Assembly: GCA_964388715.1 (NCBI GenBank)
Contig: CAYMBN010000007.1
Span: forward strand, 1 to 64,000
Origin: an uncultured Methanosarcinales archaeon
GTDB taxonomy: Archaea; Nanobdellota; Nanobdellia; Woesearchaeales; CAYMBN01
DNA: 64,000 nt
Reading direction: 5' to 3'
Numbering within the stretch: position 1 is the first letter of the stretch; every line of letters starts with the position of its first letter. Position numbers and translations under genes: made by a program. Below the pieces are notes generated by a model. The model worked only from the letters and a program-made list of their open reading frames with translations, made no database searches and was not told the origin of the DNA. Below are positions 1 through 10,449 of this stretch, piece after piece.

Positions 1-2
1 TT

Positions 3-3000
3 GATAATGATTGTGATAATCAAGTTGATGAAGAACTAACTCAACAATGTGGAACAACCAATGCTGGCCAATGTGAATTTGGTATACAAACTTGTAACAA
101 TGGTGGTTGGGGTGGATGTGTTGGTAATATTGAACCAGATAATGAAATCTGTGATGGATTAGATAATAATTGTAATAATATAATTGATGAAGGTGTTACT
201 AAAGAATGCGGTTCTAATATTGGTATTTGTCAAAAAGGAACTCAAACATGCCAAAACGGAAATTGGGGTCTTTGTATTGATGAAATAACACCTTTAACTG
301 AAACATGTAATGGACTTGATGATAATTGCGATGATTTAGTTGACAACAATCTTGAATGCGAATGTTTGGATGGTCAACAACAAACTTGTGGATCCAATAA
401 AGGAGCTTGTCAGGCTGGTACCCAAACCTGTGAAAATGGAAAATGGCAAGAATGTGTTGGTGAAATTACTTCAGTTGATGAGGTTTGTGATGGAATAGAC
501 AATGATTGTGATGGACAAATTGATGAAGAACTTATACAACAATGTGGAACTTCCAACATAGGCCAATGTAAACTAGGAGTTGAAATTTGCATGAGTGGTG
601 AATGGAGTGAATGTTCTGGAAACACTGAACCTAGTGAAGAAATCTGTGATGGAAAAGATAATGATTGTGACTCTTCAATTGATGAAGAATTAACACAACA
701 ATGTGGATCAACAGATAAAGGTATTTGTGAGTTTGGTTCTCAAACCTGTAATTTAGGTGAATGGTCAGAATGTTCAGGTAACATAAATCCAAGTGAAGAA
801 GTTTGCGATGGAAAAGATAATAATTGTGATGGACAAACTGATGAAAATATTGTTAAACAATGTGGAACAAGCAACATTGGACAATGTAAAATTGGCACAC
901 AAACTTGTAACAATGGTGGTTGGACATTATGTAGTGGAAATATAGAACCAGAATCAGAAGTTTGTGATGGAAAAGATAATAACTGTAACGGACAAATTGA
1001 TGAAAATGTTATCAGACAATGTGGTTCTTCTAATTTTGGACAATGTCAATTTGGTACTCAAACCTGTGAAAATGGAATATGGCAAAATTGCATAGGTAAT
1101 ATTGAACCAACAAAAGAAATCTGTGATAACATTGATAATGACTGTGATAGTAAAATTGATGAAGACATTACTCAAGAATGTGGATCAAATATTGGTATAT
1201 GTCAAAAAGGCACACAAACATGTCTTGAAGGACAATGGACATTATGTGTTAATGAAATAACTCCTAAAACAGAAACATGTAATGGAATTGATGATAACTG
1301 TGATGATCAAGTTGATAATAATATTGAATGTGAATGTATTAACGGACAACAACAAACATGTGGATCAAATATTGGCGCATGCCAAACCGGCATACAGACC
1401 TGTGAAAACGGTAAATGGCAAGAATGTAAAAACCAAATTACACCTGTTAATGAAATTTGTGATGGAATTGATAATGATTGTGATAATGTAATTGATGAAG
1501 ATCTTACCCAAAAATGTGGTTCAACAGATACTGGAACTTGTGAATTTGGTACCCAAACCTGTAAACTTGGTGTATGGCAAGAATGTAAAGGAGAAATAAC
1601 CCCAGTTGATGAGACCTGTGATGGATTTGACAATGATTGCAATGGCCAAGTTGATGATGGAGTTACACAACAATGTGGGGCTACTAATGTAGGACAATGT
1701 AAATATGGCACACAAATATGTGAAAATGGTCAATGGCAAGATTGTATTGGTACTATCACTCCAATATTTGAAAATTGTGATGGTCTTGATAATGATTGTG
1801 ATGGACAAATTGATGAAGAACTTTCAAAAAAATGTGGGGCATCTAATATTGGTGAGTGTAAACTAGGAACTCAAACTTGTGAAAATGGAGTATGGCAAGA
1901 TTGTGTAGGTAACATCGAATCAACAAAAGAAATATGTGATAATCTTGATAATGATTGTGATAATTCTATTGATGAACAACTTAGACAAGAATGCGGAACA
2001 AGTAATATTGGACAATGTAAACTAGGAACACAGGTATGTAATAGTGGAGAATGGTCTATATGTATGGGCAACATTGAACCAAGCACAGAAGTATGTGATA
2101 ATGTTGATAATGATTGTAACAATCAAATAGATGAAAGTGTAATCCAACAATGTGGATCATCTAATACTGGAATTTGTCAGTTTGGTGCTCAAACATGTAG
2201 TAATGGAGGATGGCTAACATGTTTAGCTAATATAGAACCAAACAATGAAGTTTGTGATAACCTTGATAATGATTGTGATGGACAAATTGACGAAGAAATA
2301 ACAAGAGAATGCGGATCAAACATTGGTATATGTAGAAAAGGTACACAAACATGTCAAAATGGAATATGGCAAATATGTACTAGTCAAACAACTCCTGAAA
2401 CTGAAATCTGTGATGGATTAGATAATGATTGTGATGGTGAAATTGATAATAATATTGAATGTGAATGTATTAATGGACAACAACAAGCTTGTGGTTCTGA
2501 TGAAGGTACTTGTCAAGCAGGCATACAAACATGTAACAATGGTATATGGCAAGAGTGTATTGGTCAAGTAACACATAAAGAAGAAACATGCAATAATCTC
2601 GATGATGATTGTGATGGTATTACTGATGATGAAATAACACAACAATGCGGTTTAACAAACGCTGGAATTTGTAAACTTGGTACACAAACCTGCATTGCAG
2701 GTGGTTGGTCTGTGTGTGAAGGCAAAACAGATCCTACTAATGAAATTTGTGATGGTCTAGACAATGATTGCGATGGTACTGTTGATGAAGACTTAATACA
2801 ACAATGTGGTGAAAGTAATCTTGGTGAATGTAAATTAGGAACTCAAACCTGTAACAATGGTGTCTGGAACGAATGTAAAGGCAATATTTCATCTCAAAAA
2901 GAAAATTGTGATACTCTTGATAATGATTGTGATGGTTTAATTGATGAAGAAATAACACAAGAATGTGGCATATCAAGTATTGGTGAATGTAAATTAGGAA

Positions 3001-3750
3001 CACAAACCTGTAACAATGGAGGTTGGTCTAGTTGTGTAGGAAATATTGATCCTGTCTATGAAACTTGTGATAATCTTGATAATAATTGTGATGGTAATAT
3101 TGATGAGGGAATCACAAAACAATGTGGTGAAAAAAATACTGGTCAATGTAAATTTGGCACACAAATTTGTAATAGTGGTGAATGGAGTGAATGTATAGGT
3201 GAAATAAAACCAATTGAGGAAATATGTAATGGAATTGATGATGATTGTGATAATTCAATTGACGAAGAATTAGTACAACAATGTGGAACAAGCAACATTG
3301 GACAATGTAAACTTGGTACAAAAACATGCAGTGAAGGTAATTGGACCGATTGCATAGGAAATATTGAACCAAGCACAGAAGTATGCGATGGAATAGATAA
3401 TGATTGTAATGGTAATGCTGATGAAGAAATTACAAAACAATGTGGTGTTAGTAACACTGGGCAATGTAAATTAGGAACCAAAACTTGTACTAACAGTGTT
3501 TGGAGTGAATGTGTAGGAAATGTTTCAAACTCAAATGAAACATGTGATGGAATTGATAATAATTGTAATGGACAAATAGATGAAGGTTTAATAAAACAAT
3601 GTGGCAAAAGTAATGTTGGTGAATGTAAATTTGGAACTGAAACCTGTGTTAATGGAATATTTGAATCATGCGTTGGAAACATTAATCCTATTCCCGAAAT
3701 ATTTGATAAAAAAGACAATGATTGTGATGGTAGTATTGATGAAGACTTTG
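3..3750 (+). repeat. Intragenic tandem array of at least 23 diverged ~159-bp (53-aa) Cys-rich units
   Basis: Consensus QQCGxSNIGQCKLGTQTCxNGxWxxCxGNIEPxxEVCDGxDNDCDGxIDE. I counted 21 units in the ORF-track translation plus 2 more upstream. Confidence 0.9.
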
Positions 3751-4919
3751 ACACAAGTGGCAATGTAAATCTAACAAAGAGATTAAAAGGTAAAACAATT
3801 AAAGCAGTTAATATTAAATCAGCTTCAATTAATATTTCTAAGAGAAAAATTACCAAGAAAAACAAAACAATAGAAGATAATAACACAAAAACAGTTGAAA
3901 TTAAAGAGGAAAACAAATCAATTGTCACATTTAATTATAACTTTGGTAAAGATATTCTAGAAGTAGGAAATATCACTGTAATTAAACAAGAAAACAAAAG
4001 TAAACAAGGATATACTATTGTAAAAGGATTAGAACTTAGTGAAAATACAACTAAAACAATAACTGTAGCTAATCTAAACCCAGAAATAAGTTCAGTATGT
4101 ATCAAAGATCAAGAAATTACCAATATAACTGAGATTAGTGAAGATTGCACTGGCACTAACGAACACTTTGTGTTCTGTAATAATAAAACTACAAAACAAG
4201 ATTACATATGTGAAGATTTAGGAACGACATTTAAAGTTTCTGGACTAAAACATTCAGGTATAAAAGAACAAGCTTGTGTTGAATCTTGGGTATGTAACCC
4301 ATGGACACCATGTTCAGGAGGTTCACAAAGCAGAACCTGCACTGATTCAAACAATTGTGATACTACTAAAAATGCCCCTATCCAAGGTAGAAGTTGTGCA
4401 ATGCCAGCACCAGTTGCTCCAGTAGCACCTTCAAAAGCCGGTGGAGGCGGAGGAGGTGGAGGAGGCGGTGGACGTGGAAGTCTCACCTCTCGTAAAAAAT
4501 GTGAAGAAAGTTGGTCTTGTACAAAATGGAATTTATGCTTGGAAAATAATACCCAAACAAGAGAATGTACTGACTTAAATGATTGTGACACTACTTTTGA
4601 CAAACCAAACCAAACCAGAACATGCTCATATGAAGAAAGCCAAAAACAATTAGCTCAAGAACAAGAACAAAATGTAACTTGGTTTATACCAGGTGAAGGT
4701 ATCAAAGGAGAAGGAGAAGAAATTGAAGAAAAGGAAATAACAGAACAAAAACCAGCTTCAGTACTTCCAACAAAAACATTAGTGATAATTATTACCACTC
4801 TAATAATCTTAATAATAATTTGGTTAGGAAAAAACAACATATTCAAAAAATTAAGTGGAAAATCCAATCATAAACCAACTAAAAAATCTAAGAAATCAAA
4901 AAACAAACATAAAAAATAA
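3..4919 (+). CDS. Giant Cys-rich membrane-anchored surface protein (5' end lies outside the window): ~53-aa disulfide/Ca-type repeats, a globular domain, two TSP1-like modules, a C-terminal TM helix and a Lys-rich tail
   Basis: The frame of ORF 366..4919 is open back to base 3 (DNDCDNQVDEELTQQCG...). Repeated E-x-C-D-G-x-D-N-D-C-D-G-x-x-D-E motifs (MopE-like putative metal-binding motif), CxESWxCxxWxxC...QxRxCxDxNxC modules, a poly-Gly linker and TM segment LVIIITTLIILIIIWL. Confidence 0.9.
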   Translation, partial: DNDCDNQVDEELTQQCGTTNAGQCEFGIQTCNNGGWGGCVGNIEPDNEICDGLDNNCNNIIDEGVTKECGSNIGICQKGTQTCQNGNWGLCIDEITPLTETCNGLDDNCDDLVDNNLECECLDGQQQTCGSNKGACQAGTQTCENGKWQECVGEITSVDEVCDGIDNDCDGQIDEELIQQCGTSNIGQCKLGVEICMSGEWSECSGNTEPSEEICDGKDNDCDSSIDEELTQQCGSTDKGICEFGSQTCNLGEWSECSGNINPSEEVCDGKDNNCDGQTDENIVKQCGTSNIGQCKIGTQTCNNGGWTLCSGNIEPESEVCDGKDNNCNGQIDENVIRQCGSSNFGQCQFGTQTCENGIWQNCIGNIEPTKEICDNIDNDCDSKIDEDITQECGSNIGICQKGTQTCLEGQWTLCVNEITPKTETCNGIDDNCDDQVDNNIECECINGQQQTCGSNIGACQTGIQTCENGKWQECKNQITPVNEICDGIDNDCDNVIDEDLTQKCGSTDTGTCEFGTQTCKLGVWQECKGEITPVDETCDGFDNDCNGQVDDGVTQQCGATNVGQCKYGTQICENGQWQDCIGTITPIFENCDGLDNDCDGQIDEELSKKCGASNIGECKLGTQTCENGVWQDCVGNIESTKEICDNLDNDCDNSIDEQLRQECGTSNIGQCKLGTQVCNSGEWSICMGNIEPSTEVCDNVDNDCNNQIDESVIQQCGSSNTGICQFGAQTCSNGGWLTCLANIEPNNEVCDNLDNDCDGQIDEEITRECGSNIGICRKGTQTCQNGIWQICTSQTTPETEICDGLDNDCDGEIDNNIECECINGQQQACGSDEGTCQAGIQTCNNGIWQECIGQVTHKEETCNNLDDDCDGITDDEITQQCGLTNAGICKLGTQTCIAGGWSVCEGKTDPTNEICDGLDNDCDGTVDEDLIQQCGESNLGECKLGTQTCNNGVWNECKGNISSQKENCDTLDNDCDGLIDEEITQECGISSIGECKLGTQTCNNGGWSSCVGNIDPVYETCDNLDNNCDGNIDEGITKQCGEKNTGQCKFGTQICNSGEWSECIGEIKPIEEICNGIDDDCDNSIDEELVQQCGTSNIGQCKLGTKTCSEGNWTDCIGNIEPSTEVCDGIDNDCNGNADEEITKQCGVSNTGQCKLGTKTCTNSVWSECVGNVSNSNETCDGIDNNCNGQIDEGLIKQCGKSNVGECKFGTETCVNGIFESCVGNINPIPEIFDKKDNDCDGSIDEDFDTSGNVNLTKRLKGKTIKAVNIKSASINISKRKITKKNKTIEDNNTKTVEIKEENKSIVTFNYNFGKDILEVGNITVIKQENKSKQGYTIVKGLELSENTTKTITVANLNPEISSVCIKDQEITNITEISEDCTGTNEHFVFCNNKTTKQDYICEDLGTTFKVSGLKHSGIKEQACVESWVCNPWTPCSGGSQSRTCTDSNNCDTTKNAPIQGRSCAMPAPVAPVAPSKAGGGGGGGGGGGRGSLTSRKKCEESWSCTKWNLCLENNTQTRECTDLNDCDTTFDKPNQTRTCSYEESQKQLAQEQEQNVTWFIPGEGIKGEGEEIEEKEITEQKPASVLPTKTLVIIITTLIILIIIWLGKNNIFKKLSGKSNHKPTKKSKKSKNKHKK

Positions 4920-4940
4920 AAAATTCATGAAAAAGAAAAA

Positions 4941-7900
4941 ATGAATAAAATCAAGAAAAGCATTGGACTTGTATTGTTTATTTTAGCTATAAGCTTATTG
5001 CTAAATCCAAGTATATTTGGTTTCACCCAATATTCATCAACTTCTGTAGAAAGAAATATGCCTAAAGCAGTACAACCAGGTGAAACACTACCAATTATGT
5101 TCAACATTTCAAACCTTGAAATAAATGAAATTTTCACAATTGAAGACAAACTAACACCTGATTTTAAGTTAATTGACTGGAACATAACAGGTGCTAAAGA
5201 AGATATTAGGTCAAGATTCCAACCAGACCAAGGATTATACGCATGGTCATTTGTACCTGAACTTGAAAATGTTAATCTAAGATACACTGTTGTAGCACCA
5301 AGGGATAAAACAGCTACACTTGAGTTTATTGCAGTTTGGTTTGGAAAATCAGGTCCAGGAGCAGAAAAAAGTCCTATTTATGTTGGAGAAATGGAATGTG
5401 GTAATAACATATGTGAAAAAGGTGAAACACCTGAAACATGTCCATCTGACTGTGGACAAATCTGTTTCAATGGTATTAAAGATGGTGACGAAACAGAAGT
5501 TGATTGTGGTGGTTCATGTAAATCATGCTGCCCAGACAAACATGTTAATGAATATGATTATGTAACAGACTGTGTAATTGACGAAAATTATCATGCACCT
5601 GACGGTCAAAAATGTTGTATACAAGATCAAATCAGCCCAGAAATTATTACAGAAGAATCCTCAACCTTAATTCAAGTACTTGAGAACGAATCTGCAACAA
5701 CCTATGTAACTGGAACAGACAATGTTATTGTACAAAACGCAACATTATATTATAGAGCAAAAGGTGATACAGAATGGAAATCAACTCCTATGACCTATGT
5801 TGAACCTGCACTTACAGCACCACGTAAAAAAATACCATTAATTTATCCAATTATTATTATATTCCTTACAATTATTGGTCTCTTGATTTGGTTATATCCA
5901 AAATACAAGAAATACCTAAAAGATCCTAAAAAACTAATTAAAGTATCCAAGAGATTATTAAATAAGAAAACAGTTAAAAAATTATTCCATAGAAACAGGA
6001 GGAGGAGGAAGAAGAAGAAAACAAACAAGAAAAAAACAAAAAACAAAAGAAAACACAAATTTGGAATTTTTATGATTTTATTAATAATCACATCTTTAAC
6101 ACTATTAAATATCTCTGCAGTAGAACCAGTAGCATCAGAAGAATCATACATGTTTGAACATGAACTAAAAGAAATACAAGGAGATATTGAATATTATATT
6201 GTTATAAGTGATGGTGCAGGAAACACAGCCTCATATGGAAGTAACACTCAACCATTTGAAATAAAAGTAGTTGATAATCTTCCACCAGAATTAATCAAAG
6301 AAATAGAAGACATTTCAATCCTAAAAAATACAAACCAAACAATAGACTTATCAGAATATTTTGAAGATATAGATCCACTTAATTATAAAATAACAGGTGC
6401 TACCGAAATATACACAGAAATAAATGAAGATATAATTACATTTATTCCTACTGTTACCTTCACAGGAACAGAACAATTAATGATAATTGCTAATGATTCA
6501 AAAGTCACAACAAATAGTAACTTATTCAATGTAAATATTATTGATTCAAATATACTTCTAACAAACAGTATAAACCAAAAAATAGGTTCAAAAGAGTTAA
6601 CTAAAACAGAAACAGGCTATGACCTAATCTTAAAATATATTAATTCAAGTGTTGAATTAAAAGAACTAATCACAATACCACAAACACTTGAAGTTAAAAT
6701 TGATAATTACACTGGAGAAAAACCAAGCAGAGGAGAAATCACAACCCAAGTTTTAGCTGTTAAAGAGATTGAAATAGAAAACGCTCTTGTAACATTGAAA
6801 AAATTATCAGATCTAAATGTTGTTGTCAAATGTAGTGACTTTGACTTTGAAAACTTTAACTGCAGTTCATGGGAAAACACAGAAATACCTTATACTGACT
6901 ATGAAGAATATATTGAATTTTCTGTTAATGAGTTCAGTGCTTATGGTGGAGCTTTAGTAGACTTTAATTCAAAACTAGATATAAGTTACATTGAACCAGT
7001 GTTCAAAGCAGAATATAAAGATCTTGAAGACAATATTATTGAAAATGCTTCTTGTATATTAAGAGTAGATAAACAAAATTATAACCTGTCTTCAGATAAC
7101 ATAAGTTACAACTACCAAAAAACATTTGAACCAGGCAAATACAAATGGTCTGTCATATGCTCTAAACAAGGGTATGACACACTTGCCAGAGAAAGTAGCA
7201 TAGAAATAAAAGAACCAGAACCAATCATCACATTCAACTCACCTACTTATTGGAGCACTGTAACAACAACCCCAATAATATTAAATATTAGTACTAGTAC
7301 AAATTCAACCTGTACATACTCAATTGAAAATTTCACAGATGACATTTCAACAAATAATTCATTTGAACATATAAAAGAACTAAATTTAAACAAAGGAAAC
7401 TATTCATTAAAAGTCAAATGTAAAGACATTATTAACAACACAAATCAAAAAACAGTTAAATTTAAAGTACATATTGATAATAATGCACCAGAAATTGCTA
7501 TCATCTCACCTACAGGTTACTATATCCCAAGTGACGAAATAAATCTAAAAGTAACCACTAATGAAGATGCAATGTGTTCTTATGAACTAGGTCCAATAAC
7601 AAACGAATTAATTGAGTTAATTGGTGATAGTGAAAATTACATTCTTAAATTTGTGAATAAACAAAATCAAGAAATCAATGAACAAGTATTTACTTACAGA
7701 GATAACAAAATCTGGATTGGAAACAGTGTAAGTAACCTTGTTACAGATGAATCCACCACCATTACTAAACAAGAAGCATTTGTCCTAAGTAAAGATGGTT
7801 ACTCTTACATTTTATACTATGAAGATATTATCCCTGGTGAAGATAATGATAACCAAGGCACATTAGTACTAAAAAAGAGTGATCAAATAATAGAATTACC

Positions 7901-8924
7901 TTATGAAGATCTCATTGCAGTATTAAGATTAAATAACTATGATTTTATAATAAATTTAACAAGTGATGATAGCTTCGCTGCAATTAGTATTGATATGGAT
8001 GGTAGCGGTATAATTGGTGACAAAGTAGTAAACAATATTTATAGTATAAACGGTGCTAAAATCACTCTCAACAACGACCTCAACAACAATTATATTGAGA
8101 TCTCAGCACCTGCTGAAGAAGACATTGTAACAATTCCTTTACATTATGATCAAACAACTGATGCACTTAATATAAATGTTAGTGCAATAACAGGAATTGA
8201 TTCATCAGGTTATTCTAATTATGGAATTAGAATTGAAACCAAAGAAGTATTAGGCCAACAAGACATAAAGATATATTATCCTCAAAAATCAATTTTCCAT
8301 GGCAATTATTTTAGTCAAGGTTATACAACAGAAGACCCTTATATTTACACTGAAATAATTCCTGAACAAGAATATGGTGAACACTATATTGATGTTGTAT
8401 GTGAAGATGAAGTAGGAAATACTAATAGTGTTAGAAATGCTTTTAGTATAAAATCTGAAAGAGAAATTAAACCAACAATTAATCAGATTTTATGTAACAA
8501 TGATTCTTGTGCAAATCTCGCATATAATTCATTAATTAGTGGAATTGATGTAAATTGTACTCCTGCTAATTACACAATTAATAATGTAAGTATTACACTA
8601 AAGAACATTGAAGACAATTCAACCTTAATACATGGAAAAGCCATATTTGACAACAACACAGAATATTGGAACCTTGACACAAATTATAGAATTGAAGATT
8701 CAGGTGAATTCAATCTAAGTGTTAAATGTTTAGATTCTGGTTATAATCATGATGAAAACTATGTAAGTTGGTTCATCCCATATGGTGAACTAGACATATC
8801 AATGGAACCATTTGACCTAATTGCATATTATAGAAAATCATTCAATGTAACATCAAAGGTAAGATGTATTGGTGGAGGAGAATGCATTAACATAAACGCT
8901 TTCCTTGACCCTTTAACAAAATAA
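4941..8924 (+). CDS. Exported multi-domain surface protein (Ig-like repeats, Cys modules, internal TM-basic-TM hairpin, S-layer-like insert)
   Basis: N-terminal signal peptide, CGNNICEKGETPETCPSDC module, repeated P-x-I-x-x-x-S-P...C-x-Y...C-x-D-x-x-x-N Ig-like units and many NxS/T sequons. Confidence 0.8.
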   Translation: MNKIKKSIGLVLFILAISLLLNPSIFGFTQYSSTSVERNMPKAVQPGETLPIMFNISNLEINEIFTIEDKLTPDFKLIDWNITGAKEDIRSRFQPDQGLYAWSFVPELENVNLRYTVVAPRDKTATLEFIAVWFGKSGPGAEKSPIYVGEMECGNNICEKGETPETCPSDCGQICFNGIKDGDETEVDCGGSCKSCCPDKHVNEYDYVTDCVIDENYHAPDGQKCCIQDQISPEIITEESSTLIQVLENESATTYVTGTDNVIVQNATLYYRAKGDTEWKSTPMTYVEPALTAPRKKIPLIYPIIIIFLTIIGLLIWLYPKYKKYLKDPKKLIKVSKRLLNKKTVKKLFHRNRRRRKKKKTNKKKTKNKRKHKFGIFMILLIITSLTLLNISAVEPVASEESYMFEHELKEIQGDIEYYIVISDGAGNTASYGSNTQPFEIKVVDNLPPELIKEIEDISILKNTNQTIDLSEYFEDIDPLNYKITGATEIYTEINEDIITFIPTVTFTGTEQLMIIANDSKVTTNSNLFNVNIIDSNILLTNSINQKIGSKELTKTETGYDLILKYINSSVELKELITIPQTLEVKIDNYTGEKPSRGEITTQVLAVKEIEIENALVTLKKLSDLNVVVKCSDFDFENFNCSSWENTEIPYTDYEEYIEFSVNEFSAYGGALVDFNSKLDISYIEPVFKAEYKDLEDNIIENASCILRVDKQNYNLSSDNISYNYQKTFEPGKYKWSVICSKQGYDTLARESSIEIKEPEPIITFNSPTYWSTVTTTPIILNISTSTNSTCTYSIENFTDDISTNNSFEHIKELNLNKGNYSLKVKCKDIINNTNQKTVKFKVHIDNNAPEIAIISPTGYYIPSDEINLKVTTNEDAMCSYELGPITNELIELIGDSENYILKFVNKQNQEINEQVFTYRDNKIWIGNSVSNLVTDESTTITKQEAFVLSKDGYSYILYYEDIIPGEDNDNQGTLVLKKSDQIIELPYEDLIAVLRLNNYDFIINLTSDDSFAAISIDMDGSGIIGDKVVNNIYSINGAKITLNNDLNNNYIEISAPAEEDIVTIPLHYDQTTDALNINVSAITGIDSSGYSNYGIRIETKEVLGQQDIKIYYPQKSIFHGNYFSQGYTTEDPYIYTEIIPEQEYGEHYIDVVCEDEVGNTNSVRNAFSIKSEREIKPTINQILCNNDSCANLAYNSLISGIDVNCTPANYTINNVSITLKNIEDNSTLIHGKAIFDNNTEYWNLDTNYRIEDSGEFNLSVKCLDSGYNHDENYVSWFIPYGELDISMEPFDLIAYYRKSFNVTSKVRCIGGGECININAFLDPLTK

Positions 8925-8982
8925 ATGAAAAAAAGAAAGAAGAAAATAAATCAATAAACAATAAATAAAGAATAAACAAAAA

Positions 8983-10449
8983 ATGAAAAAAAGAAAAACA
9001 AAAGGAATTGTATTAACAATTTTGTTAATTATATTTATGTTAGGAGTAGTTAAATTATCACTCTCCTCAACAATACAATTCACATATAATGATTGTTATA
9101 CTGCCAGGGTAGGCACTGTTAGCAGAGAATTTTGTTGGACCTGTTCTGAAGGCATTACAATAACCCAATGTAACCAACTCCAAGATAATGCTAAAAATGA
9201 TAAGAATAATTGGATTACACAAGAAACAGATAGACAAGAAGAAGAAGAACGTAGAAAACAAGAAGAGCAAGCAAGAAAGATTAATGACTTACTCAATGAC
9301 GTAAAAGATATTGCAAATGATGCTGTTAAAATTTGTAATAGAGATAATACTTTTGATTATGGAACAAATAACTGGGATAATTATGAAGAGAACATTAAAA
9401 CACAAGTTGAAAATAAAAAACAAACTGCTTCAAATACAATATTACCAATGCAAATAAAGTTTACTCGAGATAATTATCAAACATATTATAATTATATTGA
9501 TAGAATTAACAATGCTTTTGATGATAGAAAAGAAAGAAACAAAATAATTGAAGAAGAATATAAAATAGAACAACTTAAGAAAAAAGACACTGATTTAGAT
9601 GGTGTTAAAGATTTCTATGACCTATGCGCTGAAACACCCGTATTTGAAGCAATTGATAAAGATGGATGTTCTTGTTCACAAAAAGATGATGATAATGATA
9701 ACGTAGATAATTGCCTTGACAAATGTAAAAATATATCTGAAACAGTAAATAGTTACTCAGATATTAAAGCACGTAGAAATGATACTGACGGTTGTGTAGA
9801 TGATTATGATAAAGATGGTATAATTGATGTATTCGACTCTTGCCCTGAAAAAGAAGAATCATTTGATTCACTTTCTGACATGATATATGAATTTAATGAT
9901 TTTGATGGTTGTCCTGATGATCTTGATGATGATGGCATTGCAGATGAAGAAGATGAAAAACCAAATCAATTATTCCCAATAACAATGAGTTATGCATTCC
10001 AATATGGTGGAAAAGTATATGGAGATTACATTGTATGGCACGATAATAGATTTGGTGACTATGATATTTTTATGCTCAACCTAGAAACAGGCAATGAAAC
10101 ACAAATTACCAATAATACAAATGATCAAATTAACCCAGATATTTATGATAATATAATAATATGGCAAGACAAAAGAAATGTTAACGATGATATTTACATC
10201 TATAACATTGATACAGGAGTAGAAAAAGCAATAACAATTGACAAGTATACAAATGTTTATCCAATGATACATGAAAACAAGATTGTATGGCAAAGAGCTG
10301 ACTTCACAACTTTAGAAGAACCTCATTTTGATGTTATGTTGTTTATTTTAGATGAAAGCGAATTAGATACAGGATCTGATACTGAAACAGAATCAAATGC
10401 TAACACTGAATCAAATAATGAAAATACAAACGAGAATGAAAATCAATAA
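8983..10449 (+). CDS. Secreted protein with thrombospondin type-3-like Ca-binding repeats and 3 beta-propeller blades
   Basis: Signal peptide. DxDxDGxxDxxDxC repeats. Blades IVWHDNRFGDYDIFML, IIWQDKRNVNDDIYIY and IVWQRAD...DVMLF (Methanosarcina surface/TolB-like type). Confidence 0.8.
   Translation: MKKRKTKGIVLTILLIIFMLGVVKLSLSSTIQFTYNDCYTARVGTVSREFCWTCSEGITITQCNQLQDNAKNDKNNWITQETDRQEEEERRKQEEQARKINDLLNDVKDIANDAVKICNRDNTFDYGTNNWDNYEENIKTQVENKKQTASNTILPMQIKFTRDNYQTYYNYIDRINNAFDDRKERNKIIEEEYKIEQLKKKDTDLDGVKDFYDLCAETPVFEAIDKDGCSCSQKDDDNDNVDNCLDKCKNISETVNSYSDIKARRNDTDGCVDDYDKDGIIDVFDSCPEKEESFDSLSDMIYEFNDFDGCPDDLDDDGIADEEDEKPNQLFPITMSYAFQYGGKVYGDYIVWHDNRFGDYDIFMLNLETGNETQITNNTNDQINPDIYDNIIIWQDKRNVNDDIYIYNIDTGVEKAITIDKYTNVYPMIHENKIVWQRADFTTLEEPHFDVMLFILDESELDTGSDTETESNANTESNNENTNENENQ

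Noticed and set aside
3..3750. Repeats as a CRISPR array or DGR template/variable repeats
   Set aside because: The units are in-frame protein repeats with synonymous divergence. There are no identical repeats with unique spacers, no adenine-specific pair and no reverse transcriptase in the window.
8925..8957. Mini-ORF MKKRKKKINQ echoing the start of the next gene
   Set aside because: It is too short and low-complexity (A-rich) to support; probably a remnant of a local duplication.
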